A stretch of 64,000 nt of DNA from a virus (IMGVR_UViG_3300032030_000028:1-64000), one strand, 5' to 3'. Numbered from the stretch's first letter, positions 46,101 to 55,428 are shown. A program made the numbers and translations. The notes: generated by a model from the sequence alone, not told the origin.

Positions 46101-48276
46101 CCATGTCCTTGACAATCTGAGCTACCCTTTCTTGCGCTTTACTTCTATCATCCCCCAGTTTTTTATCTATGATCGAGATCGCCCAGAGCATGCCTTCGTA
46201 AATCACAATGCTCAACATCATAGTACCTAATATAGCAGCAATCTCCCCGGTTTTCTTTGCTTCCGGAGCATTTTTAGTGGCTTCGGTGAAATCTTTTAAG
46301 GTAGCCGCCATAGCTGCTATGACAATCTGAGCGGAATTCTTATCATTGGGTCCGGCATTTGGATCTACTAAGCCCATAGATATAAACTTTCCGGTAATCC
46401 ACAAAACACCACCGTATATAAGAACCGCTCCCACCATAACCACCATACAAAGCAAAATCTTATAAGAATCTGCTATTGCCGGAGCCGTGTTTGCCGCTTC
46501 GGACATTTTTTTAATTGTGGATATCATGGAATCTAAAGTAGACTGCAGCAAATTAAAGGCATCGTCAGACAATAAAGATTTTTCTTTAAGTTTCTTTATT
46601 TTATTTAATATTCTACTATAGAAGATTATAGCAAAATATATAGATATTAAACATGTACCGAATTTAGCTTGCTGGACAAGATCAGGTGATGCCTTAATTA
46701 TCTCAATAAATTTATCGATCATATATTTCATATTATCGATAACCTTTTTAGCATCTTCTGATTTTTCTAATATTTTAGCTTTTTTATCGGTAAGCAGTTT
46801 GACAATTTTAATAAGCTTTCTAATATCCCATATAAATGTCCGGAGGAGTATTTTAGACGAAGCAGCAGCTTTTAAGTCTACTTCTTTTAATTTTTTAAAG
46901 ATATCTACAATAGATTCAACAATATTGAATACACATATAAAACCTTTTTTGATATTTTCTTCGTTTCTTCCAAACGTCATCATTATGCCCATTATAGAGC
47001 GGCTTCCGCCCCCACTACTCGGGTCTTTCGATGTACCGAATAATATGATATATAATCTTTTGATTCCTTTTCGTAGTCTTTTATATCTTAGCTTTCCGAA
47101 TAATCCGGTGAGTAAGTTCAAACTTCGTAATACTATATTAAGAGCTTTGAAGAAAACTACTAGAGAAATAGCGATACCGGCAGCTTTCAAGGCGTCTACG
47201 ATTTCCAACGACTCTAATACGCCTTCTATCAGATCCATGACTCCCCGGTTTTTCTTTCCTTTTTTCCGGAATACTTTTCGAGCTAGCCACCCATATTCTT
47301 CTCCAAATAACAATTTCCACATTCTATCAAGATTGGTCTGGATTTGATTTTTTTCCAACCAACTCATATGCTCATTGATAAAATGCAACGTCACATTTAA
47401 ACTTTCAAATGTCTTAGATATCATAAGCATATTTATCCGAGATTTAATAGCGGTAGCTATTTCCATCCTTCCAATATTCTCAATAAGACTCATTATAGAA
47501 TGAGAACGGCGGAATATTCTATCATAGGTGCGTCCGAATAGTAATACATATATCTTAGATATAGTTCTTCGATATTGAATTATCTGTTTGAGGGTAATAT
47601 TGTTTTTCAATACTTCGAAAATCGTCGGAATTAAATTAATAGTATCGGCTATAAATTTTATGCTTGTCTTTGCTTTAGCAAACGGAACCAATTTTCGATC
47701 TCCGATAAATTCTATTAGCCGAATGAGTTTTCGGAACAACATCTTATATTTTATAACCGTAAACCTATATTTTATAACATCCCTTAAAGATATCTTTTTC
47801 AATGGAGAAGCCACAATCTCTAAGGACTCCATAATGGGTTCCATGGCTTTTAGGGATATTTTGGCTTTTATAATATTTATGGTATTATAACTTCCAAGTT
47901 TTTCTACGAATTTAAATAAAGACCTCATACTCTTTCTCAAGAGAATCATCCGAAACTTATTGCCGATTAAATCTTTTAATGGAATCTTTCCAACAGTTTC
48001 CATTAGTATCTGATACTCATATATGGTATCGGTCATGCTCTTCAAATCTTTGGCATTTATAGATACGGCTAAATAAGCACCCGAGATTCTTTCTAACCCA
48101 TATAGAACAGTCTCTATGGCGTCGGTAGAACGCTCTATGCATTTCTTCAAAGTATTGAAGAATTTCTTATCCATCTTATTCTTGACGATGATCTGATTTA
48201 TATCATTGACAAGTTTAAGCTGCTCTTTATATATTTCGAAAAGGTCCTCACTATTAGGTATTTTGGTCTCGGCCAT
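43126..48276 (-). CDS. Tape-measure-like protein with multi-pass hydrophobic core
   Basis: 1716 aa helical repeats, many TM-like segments, upstream of baseplate genes. Confidence 0.65.
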   Translation of the reverse strand: MAETKIPNSEDLFEIYKEQLKLVNDINQIIVKNKMDKKFFNTLKKCIERSTDAIETVLYGLERISGAYLAVSINAKDLKSMTDTIYEYQILMETVGKIPLKDLIGNKFRMILLRKSMRSLFKFVEKLGSYNTINIIKAKISLKAMEPIMESLEIVASPLKKISLRDVIKYRFTVIKYKMLFRKLIRLIEFIGDRKLVPFAKAKTSIKFIADTINLIPTIFEVLKNNITLKQIIQYRRTISKIYVLLFGRTYDRIFRRSHSIMSLIENIGRMEIATAIKSRINMLMISKTFESLNVTLHFINEHMSWLEKNQIQTNLDRMWKLLFGEEYGWLARKVFRKKGKKNRGVMDLIEGVLESLEIVDALKAAGIAISLVVFFKALNIVLRSLNLLTGLFGKLRYKRLRKGIKRLYIILFGTSKDPSSGGGSRSIMGIMMTFGRNEENIKKGFICVFNIVESIVDIFKKLKEVDLKAAASSKILLRTFIWDIRKLIKIVKLLTDKKAKILEKSEDAKKVIDNMKYMIDKFIEIIKASPDLVQQAKFGTCLISIYFAIIFYSRILNKIKKLKEKSLLSDDAFNLLQSTLDSMISTIKKMSEAANTAPAIADSYKILLCMVVMVGAVLIYGGVLWITGKFISMGLVDPNAGPNDKNSAQIVIAAMAATLKDFTEATKNAPEAKKTGEIAAILGTMMLSIVIYEGMLWAISIIDKKLGDDRSKAQERVAQIVKDMASTMKSFGEAIKVLPKKEDLKDSAVSILMMMVIMSGMIVVIHILNKSQRESRRAYRASMLIRMVFYSIVIIALAVIGVGAMVVIGAALISVAIGFIAGVLALMVLLALGRKFIKEGAIALLVISLSLAILTLIMYALVELSEKVNFLKLAGVVAMMILTVAGVTALLFILGAFMQTGEGATILGEGAIALLAIAGVMWCVAKLFEPIAYIANMTDVGDLAATVGIMSAVVLGMTGLILVLGGMITATMGGGAIVMAIGAATVLAIGGIIWALAESMKAVAAAAIEWHNIYEKIPGLSGMKDIEVANYLAQMMLIPIKAVVKNPRTAWTGKVDEGSIVHFLAHFKLSTIKDAKKVTIGLSTVIEGVGNIARTIAMIPPYEGDAENFKTLIISVMGAIIATAEYFDNDAKKARIIKRIFRNMKRTVASIGKMAKTMVDISFMRFPVEINEKTGEIKKYALADATKFETAGKNIQQIITSMVGAFSFKDEKTGVTNLDNLDKISKRQIKKVKKIMELAVPISGMVDTINKLSRMMVPYDENSIDQKTGKINKWKLADSKYFADAAKNVALIVSNYVKTVDIGQENGSLKDLWNLVTAGNKRRIEHTKALVELSDPISKLVDTIIKMKALKVPDTSTEGYLDPNTGEIKKWKLLNTSDISDAAKEIAKFVKDYVEAFDLPNINFGKESFWDKVKGTKKNNEDSVKKIMDMTSPINSLMDTIVKYKSAKYPTKIDEKTGEPTGWKMIDLSKEDPTKTVFDIIGAFVTNLTENKVLKDAVKDQKSIDAAGTLIKSLGGMSEPMGKIIEVLQKGGDIKFVKIDDKTNTVGGHAVDLIAKSVFQNVDGKDLEQRTKSWKQATDDSVKLIKSVNSLDISKATSLKEMMHELYLFSNSIQGNFDKLADVINEKLITVLEKLTGALDDVNRKDFGTQPPEPETLRKPTDGTQAQQKPRQDKTSAKLDELSKNMNALSDVLTKIGNCVGRSGGSHVIFTHEQN

Positions 48277-48361
48277 AATGTTATGTTTTCTTTTTTATAT
48301 TTCGGATTATATCAGTGGCAATCCGAATTATTATATAAATAATCAAATATCAGTTGAAACA

Positions 48362-49078
48362 ATGAAGAAGCTGACACAATATCTTAAAAATGTAAATGAA
48401 GCATTTGGGGATGAATTGAATGAAATTACCGGATGGCTAGGTTCACTAGAAAACCTATCCGATGTCTTGGATAGACTCGAAAATTCAAAAATTCTCGGCG
48501 GACGGGGTAACGATAGATTTGGAAGGGGAGATGGTGAGAATATTGATGATCATACAAAAAGGTATGTGGGAATGATTCTCAAAAAACTTATGACGGATCC
48601 CGAGATTATATCCTGGTATGATTCTCCATATAACAACGAGATGGAGCTTTATAGTTTGCTAGCTAAAAAGCTTTCTCCCAGAGAAATGACTTATCTGGAA
48701 GAGATCACTCAGGTTTTATCTTCCGTAGAAGACTCGGATAAAGATGCAGAGATAGTTAATAATGCCGTTGTCCGCCTCATAGATGATCCAGATTTAGAAA
48801 GATGGTTTAAAAAATATTCAAAACCTATTAAGAAAACGGATAGGTTCGGTAATGTCGAAACTACAACGGCAACTCCTAATGAATTTGAACTCAGAAAGAT
48901 TATTAACAGCAAACTTTCAGGCACGGAAAGAAAATTTTCCGAGCCCATTGCGCGAAAATTTATGCGAATATATAGTGGTGAATATGATACCGATGACTAT
49001 TTTAATGGAGATAGAGGCAGTTCAGGAATGGGTATGTCTATGACCGGAAGACGGAGCGGCGGACGTTTTAGAATTTAA
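48362..49078 (+). CDS. Hypothetical protein with CTS-like N-terminus
   Basis: Start re-called at MKKLTQYLKNVNEA; internal repeat DP....W......NE.EL...(KLS..E). Confidence 0.7.
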   Translation: MKKLTQYLKNVNEAFGDELNEITGWLGSLENLSDVLDRLENSKILGGRGNDRFGRGDGENIDDHTKRYVGMILKKLMTDPEIISWYDSPYNNEMELYSLLAKKLSPREMTYLEEITQVLSSVEDSDKDAEIVNNAVVRLIDDPDLERWFKKYSKPIKKTDRFGNVETTTATPNEFELRKIINSKLSGTERKFSEPIARKFMRIYSGEYDTDDYFNGDRGSSGMGMSMTGRRSGGRFRI

Positions 49079-49098
49079 TTAAAAATTAATCAAGATAT

Positions 49099-51603
49099 AT
49101 GAAAAGATTTCATGAATATACAGGGATGATCACGGAATCCCTAATGATGTTATTAGTCTATTCCGCTATAGTAGCTACCATGGTCCAGGATGCCAAACAA
49201 GAACGTCTCAAGTTCAAGATAGAGCAAAAACGAATGGAAAAAGAGCTTAAAGAAATGGAAGATAGGGAGGATGATGAAGAAGTCCAACGTAGGATAGAAA
49301 AAGAACGTCATAAACAAGAACTAGCTCAGGCGAGACATGAACGTCAAGAAGAGAAAATGAAACGGAGAATGGCTAAAATACAGATGCTCCAGGATAAAAT
49401 AGCGGAATCTCGTGAGAAAAAATTAGAAACTCAGCGTTTTGCATTAGCAGCCCATAATATGATGAACGACAAGGAGACCGCTGAAGACCGGAGTCTTATC
49501 GAGAAACATGCTAAGAACAAAGAAAAATGCTCTCCTGATCAAATTCGCAGGGCTACTGAAAAAGCTGATAAAATATCCGACGAAGAAGCAGATAAGTATA
49601 TAGCTAAATACATGCCGAAAAAAGAACTCCCTAAGACCGAACCCGGGCCTAAAAAAGAAACTCCGAAGAAAACGGATAAGATCCCAAATCCTGGAGACTT
49701 CAAGATGCCTAAAAAACCGGATACTGACGGGGCTGTAGATAAAAAATCAGAACCTAAAGAAGAAGAAGTAATCAATCCGGAAACTGGCAAGAAAGAAAAA
49801 CATAAAGTATATACAGGTAAACGCGGTGGTAGATATTGGATGTCTAAAAACAACAATAAAGTATATGTTAATGAAGATAAAGAAGAACAAGAAGAAGCTT
49901 CTCGTTGGGATATTACTAATTCTAGACTAGCTTATCTGCAATGGGTTATAGATAACACTAAAGATAAAGAAAAATCCAATAAGCTTCAGGAGATGTATAA
50001 TGCCTTGTATAATATAACATATGATACGGGCGGCGATATCCGGAGCTTAGATGATACTATATCTTATATTACTCAGACCATGCAAAACAATAAAGGTCTG
50101 ATTCCGGGACTTCCTTCTAATGATCAGATAGAAGAAATCGATAAAAAAGCAGCTAGCTTTGAAGAATTGCACCCGGAAGAATATGAAAGTTATATCAAGA
50201 GACTGGAAAGTTCTAATCTGGATAAATCCAAGAAAGATAAAGAAGATCAAGCGGATAGTGTGCTGAGTCCGGCGGACACCAAAGATGATAAAGATGCCCG
50301 CAATAAGCTAGCTACTCTTACTTCCATATTTGGATTTACTAATATTATAGGTCTAGAACCTAATCGGAAGCCATCCGCGGAAGATATGAAGAAAAAATCC
50401 GAGCTGAAAAAAGATCAGAAAGATAATGCATTGCTCCAGGATACCGAGGATGACGAAACTGCTCTTAAAAAACCGGAGATCTCCGGTGAAGAAAGCTCCG
50501 ATGAGTCCGGTGAAGAAGGCTCCGATGAGTCCGGTGAAGAAGGCTCCGATGAGTCCGGTGAAGAGTTGTCGGATATTGAAGAGGATATGATCATGTATGT
50601 AGTCATGATGGCTGAAGAATATTTGGACCAGTTCGAAGGCGAAGACTATGACGAAGCTGATGTGGACAAATGGTTGGATGAACAGGATTTGGAATCCGAT
50701 CTTGGCCTGGAAACCGAAGAAGAGAAAAAAGGCTTCCGGGATGCTATGAAGCAAGAAATTAAGAATGAACTAGAATCCGAGTCCGATGAAGGTAGTGAAG
50801 AGTCCGGTGAACAGACTACGGAATCTCTCTTAGAGTTCTCTCAAAACTTTATATTTGAATTGTTTGGTCGGAATGACGCTTTCAAGGCGGCTAAGAAAAA
50901 TGCTGAAATGTTCAATAAGTATGGTGATGGTGCATATAAACCGGAAGTTACAGTAAAAGAACTCCAAAAGGCACGTAAGAAAAATGCAAGCGCCGTTAAG
51001 TTCAACAAGGCGGCAAATTTGCTTACCGGACCACTGGGTGCCGCCATTATCAACAAAAAACAAGATAATATGAAGAAACGTATGGCCGGAATGAAGTCCA
51101 TGATTGATAGCACGCAGGATCCCGATGAAAAAGAGAAACTTCAAAAGAATTACGATATGATGATGAAGGCTTGTGTTACCAAGAAAGGAAGATTCCGCGC
51201 CCGTCCGAAACTTAAAAGCCTTTCTCCGGAAGAAAGGGCCGAATTTAAATCTAAGTACAAAGAAATCAAGCAATCTAAAACAATCCGACAAGCTGGCAAG
51301 GATTATATGATCAAACACGAAGATTTTGCAGACCAAGTACTACAAGATAAAGTATCTAAGAAAAAAGAAGAAAAAGAAATCAAGAAAGGTAATGTTGAAA
51401 AGACTTCCATGGATGACGGATCTACTCTGGTAGCTCGGAAATCGGAAAGAGACGGCCATATGATTTATACTAGAGAAAAAGGAGGCAAGACTATTGAATA
51501 TATGGATAAAGACGACTATCAAAAACGTCTAGCTAGCAAGAAAGAATCTGTAGAACATCACTTCAGTTCTTTCAAATCCTTGCTAGAATCTAAAAATGCA
51601 TAA
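49099..51603 (+). CDS. Putative internal-head polyprotein (coiled coil, basic adaptor-like motif, acidic repeat, family C-terminal domain)
   Basis: TGKRGGRYW...NNKVYV motif; C-terminal third homologous to 52131 and 54187 genes. Confidence 0.7.
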   Translation: MKRFHEYTGMITESLMMLLVYSAIVATMVQDAKQERLKFKIEQKRMEKELKEMEDREDDEEVQRRIEKERHKQELAQARHERQEEKMKRRMAKIQMLQDKIAESREKKLETQRFALAAHNMMNDKETAEDRSLIEKHAKNKEKCSPDQIRRATEKADKISDEEADKYIAKYMPKKELPKTEPGPKKETPKKTDKIPNPGDFKMPKKPDTDGAVDKKSEPKEEEVINPETGKKEKHKVYTGKRGGRYWMSKNNNKVYVNEDKEEQEEASRWDITNSRLAYLQWVIDNTKDKEKSNKLQEMYNALYNITYDTGGDIRSLDDTISYITQTMQNNKGLIPGLPSNDQIEEIDKKAASFEELHPEEYESYIKRLESSNLDKSKKDKEDQADSVLSPADTKDDKDARNKLATLTSIFGFTNIIGLEPNRKPSAEDMKKKSELKKDQKDNALLQDTEDDETALKKPEISGEESSDESGEEGSDESGEEGSDESGEELSDIEEDMIMYVVMMAEEYLDQFEGEDYDEADVDKWLDEQDLESDLGLETEEEKKGFRDAMKQEIKNELESESDEGSEESGEQTTESLLEFSQNFIFELFGRNDAFKAAKKNAEMFNKYGDGAYKPEVTVKELQKARKKNASAVKFNKAANLLTGPLGAAIINKKQDNMKKRMAGMKSMIDSTQDPDEKEKLQKNYDMMMKACVTKKGRFRARPKLKSLSPEERAEFKSKYKEIKQSKTIRQAGKDYMIKHEDFADQVLQDKVSKKKEEKEIKKGNVEKTSMDDGSTLVARKSERDGHMIYTREKGGKTIEYMDKDDYQKRLASKKESVEHHFSSFKSLLESKNA
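50482..50564 (+). repeat. Coding tandem repeat, 24 bp x ~3.5 (SGEEGSDE)
   Basis: TCCGGTGAAGAAGGCTCCGATGAG units. Confidence 0.9.
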
Positions 51604-51628
51604 ACTAAACTTATAAATATCTTATAAG

Positions 51629-51685
51629 AATCGGACTCGAAAGGGTCCGATTTTTTTATTATTTATTCAAAGGTGATTTTATATG
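51629..51685 (+). repeat. Terminator + putative late promoter/start module, repeated at 52075-52133 and 53710-53766
   Basis: AATCGGACTC-RAAA-GRGTCCGATTTTTTT then TATTNTTTAT..CAAA...GATTTT(T)ATATG. Confidence 0.8.
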
Positions 51686-52069
51686 AAACATATTAGTGAA
51701 TCCATAAGGAATGTAAAATGCTACGTTAACGAAGATACCGTAACTCATGATAAAAGATCGCAATCTTTCCAATACGGTGACGGAAGCCTTGTCTATTTTG
51801 ATGAGATTTTAACATATCCCCAATATCACGACAATGCTCTGGAAATCGAGACTCTGCATGCCGTAACTAAAAGAAGAGGTATTGGTTCGAAACTGATAGA
51901 AGCTATCAAGGATTATGCTGATTCCGAAAGAAAATCAATAGTGGTATATGCTAGTCCGCTGACAAACGACATATCTGAAAGAGACCTTATCAAATTCTAT
52001 AAAAAGAATGGATTTATACAAGATCCGGATACCGACAATCCACATTGTTTGATTTATATCGGAAGATAA
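51683..52069 (+). CDS. GNAT acetyltransferase with MKHISES tag
   Basis: RRGIGSKLIE acetyl-CoA motif and FYKKNGF. Confidence 0.8.
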   Translation: MKHISESIRNVKCYVNEDTVTHDKRSQSFQYGDGSLVYFDEILTYPQYHDNALEIETLHAVTKRRGIGSKLIEAIKDYADSERKSIVVYASPLTNDISERDLIKFYKKNGFIQDPDTDNPHCLIYIGR

Positions 52070-52130
52070 TTCAAAATCGGACTCGAAAGGGTCCGATTTT
52101 TTTTATTTTTTATACAAATAAGATTTTTAT

Positions 52131-53687
52131 ATGAAAAATATTGGAAGTTATATTCAAGAATCCCAAATGTTTGAGGCAGAAAAAGAAAATTTAAAGTTAT
52201 CTAAAGAAGACCAAAAACAACTACAAGAGATTCTTCAAAGAGCTATTACTGCATTTTATAATGATGATGAAGATAGAGATATAGAAGAATTTATTAAAGA
52301 TACATTTGCTGATTATGGATGGTCCGATAAGCTCATGTCTGGATTCATAGACATATGTAAGCAGATTGTGGACAAGTCTGATAAATATGTTGAAAAATTG
52401 AGTAAAACAGATAAAGATGTTAATGAAAGTTTGGGTGATTTAATTGCCGAAAAAGATGGGGAGGGCTTAAAAAAGGCAATTGATGCAGTTGATAGTGGCT
52501 TGGGAAAACTTGTGGATGCCGGTGTATTCGGAGATAATGCTAAAAATAAGCGAGCTGTTAATAAAGCACTTGGCAATACAGCGGCCGATAAAGCTAAAAA
52601 AGGTGTTGACAATGTGGTTTCAACAAAAACTGCGGTAGAAGATGCTCATAAAGCAGAAGTAAAACGTAACGCTGAGATGGCTAATAATATCGGGCGGGAT
52701 GGCAAATTCCACCAAGATTTGGTAACCGGAAAATATTACAAATCCGAAGAAGAACTTAATCGAGCTGTTGGGAGAAGAAAAATGGAGGAATTTGATAAAG
52801 AATATGAAGAAGCTGTTAAAAAAGAAACCGATATAAAGAAAAATAACCAGGACACATATCAAATTCAAACATCACCAGGTAAATGGAAAGATGTATCTAA
52901 AGAAGAGTATGAAAAGGCTAAAAAAGAAAATCCCAGAACAGCTAAAAAGACGGAACGTTCTTCCATAGATCCTCATGAGTATAAAATACCAACTTCTAGA
53001 GACACCAAATATGGATATGAAAAGGATGGGGAAATAACCCATACACACCTTCAACGTCATTATGAAATGGAAACTCCGTGGTGTCGTTTCTTGACTTCCG
53101 GAGGTCCTCAGAAGGTAGCGTTAGGTGCAGCTATCGTGGGTGCCGTGGCTCTCACTACGGCCGTTGCGGTACATACTGCCAGAAAGCAAAATGAAAAATT
53201 CTTAGCAGGCCTCAAAGCCCGCTCCGAACAAGCTGACGACCCCAGAATTCGCAAGGAATATGAAAAATACTATCAAGATGCATTAAAGGCTATGTATAAG
53301 GATAATGGCAAGGTTAGAATGGATCCGGATTTTTCTAAAATCCCCGAAGAGAGTAGAAAGTCATTCGTTAAAATTTACGGTTCCGGCAAAGATCTTCGCA
53401 AAATGGGCAAAGAATATATTAAGAAAAACGGTTCCGAATTTTTAGAATATGATAGAGACCATACTGCTTCTTCTACTAAAAAAGAACCTAAAGAACAAGT
53501 AGCTAAAGCTAAAGACGGATCCGAAATCCATGCTCGCCGCAAGAAATCCGGACACGGTATGACCTATGTGCGTACTAAAAACGGCAAAGAAGTCGGATAT
53601 GCCACTAAGGACGATTTCCGGCGCGCTAGACAAAATGAAGGCATGATTTCATTGAGAGATGCTTTGTTAGAATCTTTTGAAATCTAA
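52131..53687 (+). CDS. Putative internal-head polyprotein, paralog of 4646-6187
   Basis: Shared LRK.GKEYIKKNGSEFLE.DR and KAKDGSEIHARRKK.GHGMTYVRT.NGKEVGYATK. Confidence 0.8.
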   Translation: MKNIGSYIQESQMFEAEKENLKLSKEDQKQLQEILQRAITAFYNDDEDRDIEEFIKDTFADYGWSDKLMSGFIDICKQIVDKSDKYVEKLSKTDKDVNESLGDLIAEKDGEGLKKAIDAVDSGLGKLVDAGVFGDNAKNKRAVNKALGNTAADKAKKGVDNVVSTKTAVEDAHKAEVKRNAEMANNIGRDGKFHQDLVTGKYYKSEEELNRAVGRRKMEEFDKEYEEAVKKETDIKKNNQDTYQIQTSPGKWKDVSKEEYEKAKKENPRTAKKTERSSIDPHEYKIPTSRDTKYGYEKDGEITHTHLQRHYEMETPWCRFLTSGGPQKVALGAAIVGAVALTTAVAVHTARKQNEKFLAGLKARSEQADDPRIRKEYEKYYQDALKAMYKDNGKVRMDPDFSKIPEESRKSFVKIYGSGKDLRKMGKEYIKKNGSEFLEYDRDHTASSTKKEPKEQVAKAKDGSEIHARRKKSGHGMTYVRTKNGKEVGYATKDDFRRARQNEGMISLRDALLESFEI

Positions 53688-53763
53688 AAGTTCTTAAAAA
53701 ATCCATAAGAATCGGACTCAAAAGAGTCCGATTTTTTTATTCTTTATTCAAAGAAGATTTTAT

Positions 53764-54183
53764 ATGAAACATATTAGTGAATCTATAATAGGAAGAAGGG
53801 GATCTTCAAATATTTCCGACTTCCGTTTTGAAAGCATAGTCCGAGGAAGTATAGTATATATTCCCGAACTCAAGCGAAACGATTCCGATAATCCTTATTT
53901 TTTGTGTGTAACTATCCGAGATTTATATGATTTGTGGCCGGATAGATACATAGATAGTAATTTACTTAGTTTAATTCATTATATTCTGCCTTCTAAATAT
54001 AGTGTATATGACACTCCAATCGGAGAGGTAACCCTTCAAGGATATAAAAATCATTTTCCATTTTATGACGGTAATAAAATACCCATAAAAGCTATATACG
54101 GACCTATAGATCGGCATAAGTTAAACAGAATACTATCCTCAGAAGACACATTAATAGATTTTTTAAAAAATTTACACCCCTAA
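53764..54183 (+). CDS. ESIIGRKG-tag family protein
   Basis: MKHISESIIGRRG. Confidence 0.8.
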   Translation: MKHISESIIGRRGSSNISDFRFESIVRGSIVYIPELKRNDSDNPYFLCVTIRDLYDLWPDRYIDSNLLSLIHYILPSKYSVYDTPIGEVTLQGYKNHFPFYDGNKIPIKAIYGPIDRHKLNRILSSEDTLIDFLKNLHP

Positions 54184-54186
54184 AAT

Positions 54187-55317
54187 ATGAATTTAAAAAA
54201 TTATATCTTAGAATCTCAAGAACCGGAAAATCTTCCGGAAATTCTAGACTTTGTAACTAATATAATATCTCAATATACGGACTCTCTTTCCGATCTTTCC
54301 GATTATTCGGAATCCGGCTTCAAAAAATGGTGTGAAGACAATGGTATTGAAGATATAGATTGGGATGATGATGCTAAAAAGAATTTTTATAAGTTATGTG
54401 ATACTGCGCTTTCTAATATGAAAGATACGGATGATTCTGTAGAAGAATCTTTTAAGATCCCGGATCTTAATATTTTATTAGAAGCGGTCCCTAATAAGGA
54501 TTCTCAAAATTCTCCGAAGTTTTCTAAAGAAGATGCTCAAAAATTATTAAAGCAAGCTAGAGATGAAGTTTGGTCGGGAATGAAAACATACGGCAAGAAA
54601 AAAGCCACTAACTGGTCTGGCGATCAACTTAACAAACTCACTGATAAGATAATGACGAGCATTAAAAATAAAAAAACATCATCCGCCGAAGAATATGCAA
54701 ATGCTGGAATTTCCGCCGGAAAAGCATTTTCTAAAGTACCTGGCATCAGCAAGGCACTGGCCGGAATATCCGCTCTTTCGGGTCCTCAGGTCGCTCTGAT
54801 CACCGTATCCGTAGCGGCGGTTGCCGCGGGAACTGTAGTGGTTGTCCGTCAGATAAAGAAAAAGAAAAACGAAAAGATCTTGACTGGGATAAAGGCTAAA
54901 GTTGAGGAATATAAGAAATCGGGAGATACTGAAAAAGCTAAGTTCTATGATGATTTTTACCAAAAACTAGAAAAAACCTGTTTAGACGATAAAGGAAAAC
55001 TTCGCGTGAGTCCGGACCTTAACAAGCTTCCTGAAAAAGATCGCGATTTATTCTCAACTTTATATAATAGGATTAAGAAAAATAAAAACATCATTAAAGC
55101 CGGAAAGGTTTCGGCACCTAAAGAACAAGTGGTGAAAGATAAAGATGGGAGCGAGATCCACGCCCGCCGGAAAAAAACCGGCATCGGCATGACCTATGTC
55201 AGAATGAAAAATGGCAAAGAAATCGGATACGCCACCAAAGATGAATTCCGGGCCGCAAAAAGCTCCAATGAATCCTATACAGGATTATCGGATTATATTA
55301 ATGAGTCAGTCGAATAA
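54187..55317 (+). CDS. Putative internal-head polyprotein, same family
   Basis: MNLKNYILES start, hydrophobic segment, DGSEIHARRKKTG domain, ends NESYTGLSDYINESVE. Confidence 0.8.
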   Translation: MNLKNYILESQEPENLPEILDFVTNIISQYTDSLSDLSDYSESGFKKWCEDNGIEDIDWDDDAKKNFYKLCDTALSNMKDTDDSVEESFKIPDLNILLEAVPNKDSQNSPKFSKEDAQKLLKQARDEVWSGMKTYGKKKATNWSGDQLNKLTDKIMTSIKNKKTSSAEEYANAGISAGKAFSKVPGISKALAGISALSGPQVALITVSVAAVAAGTVVVVRQIKKKKNEKILTGIKAKVEEYKKSGDTEKAKFYDDFYQKLEKTCLDDKGKLRVSPDLNKLPEKDRDLFSTLYNRIKKNKNIIKAGKVSAPKEQVVKDKDGSEIHARRKKTGIGMTYVRMKNGKEIGYATKDEFRAAKSSNESYTGLSDYINESVE

Positions 55318-55352
55318 AATCTATCATAAATCTTTCATATTCGTTATAAAAC

Positions 55353-55403
55353 AAGCGATCGTATCTTAGATGACTAGTTATATCACTTAAGATGTGATCG
55401 CTT
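55353..55403. repeat. Dispersed 51-bp inverted-repeat element, copy 4
   Basis: AAGCGATC-N35-GATCGCTT; pairing extends 55346-55410. Confidence 0.85.
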
Positions 55404-55428
55404 GTTTTATATATGTTTATGAAAGAAA

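Noticed and set aside
43436-47890. Antisense ORFs opposite the tape-measure-like gene and other long genes
   Set aside because: Shadow frames of real genes with no independent signals
50482-50564. CRISPR-like repeat
   Set aside because: Spacerless in-frame 24-bp coding repeat; no CRISPR array seen in the window
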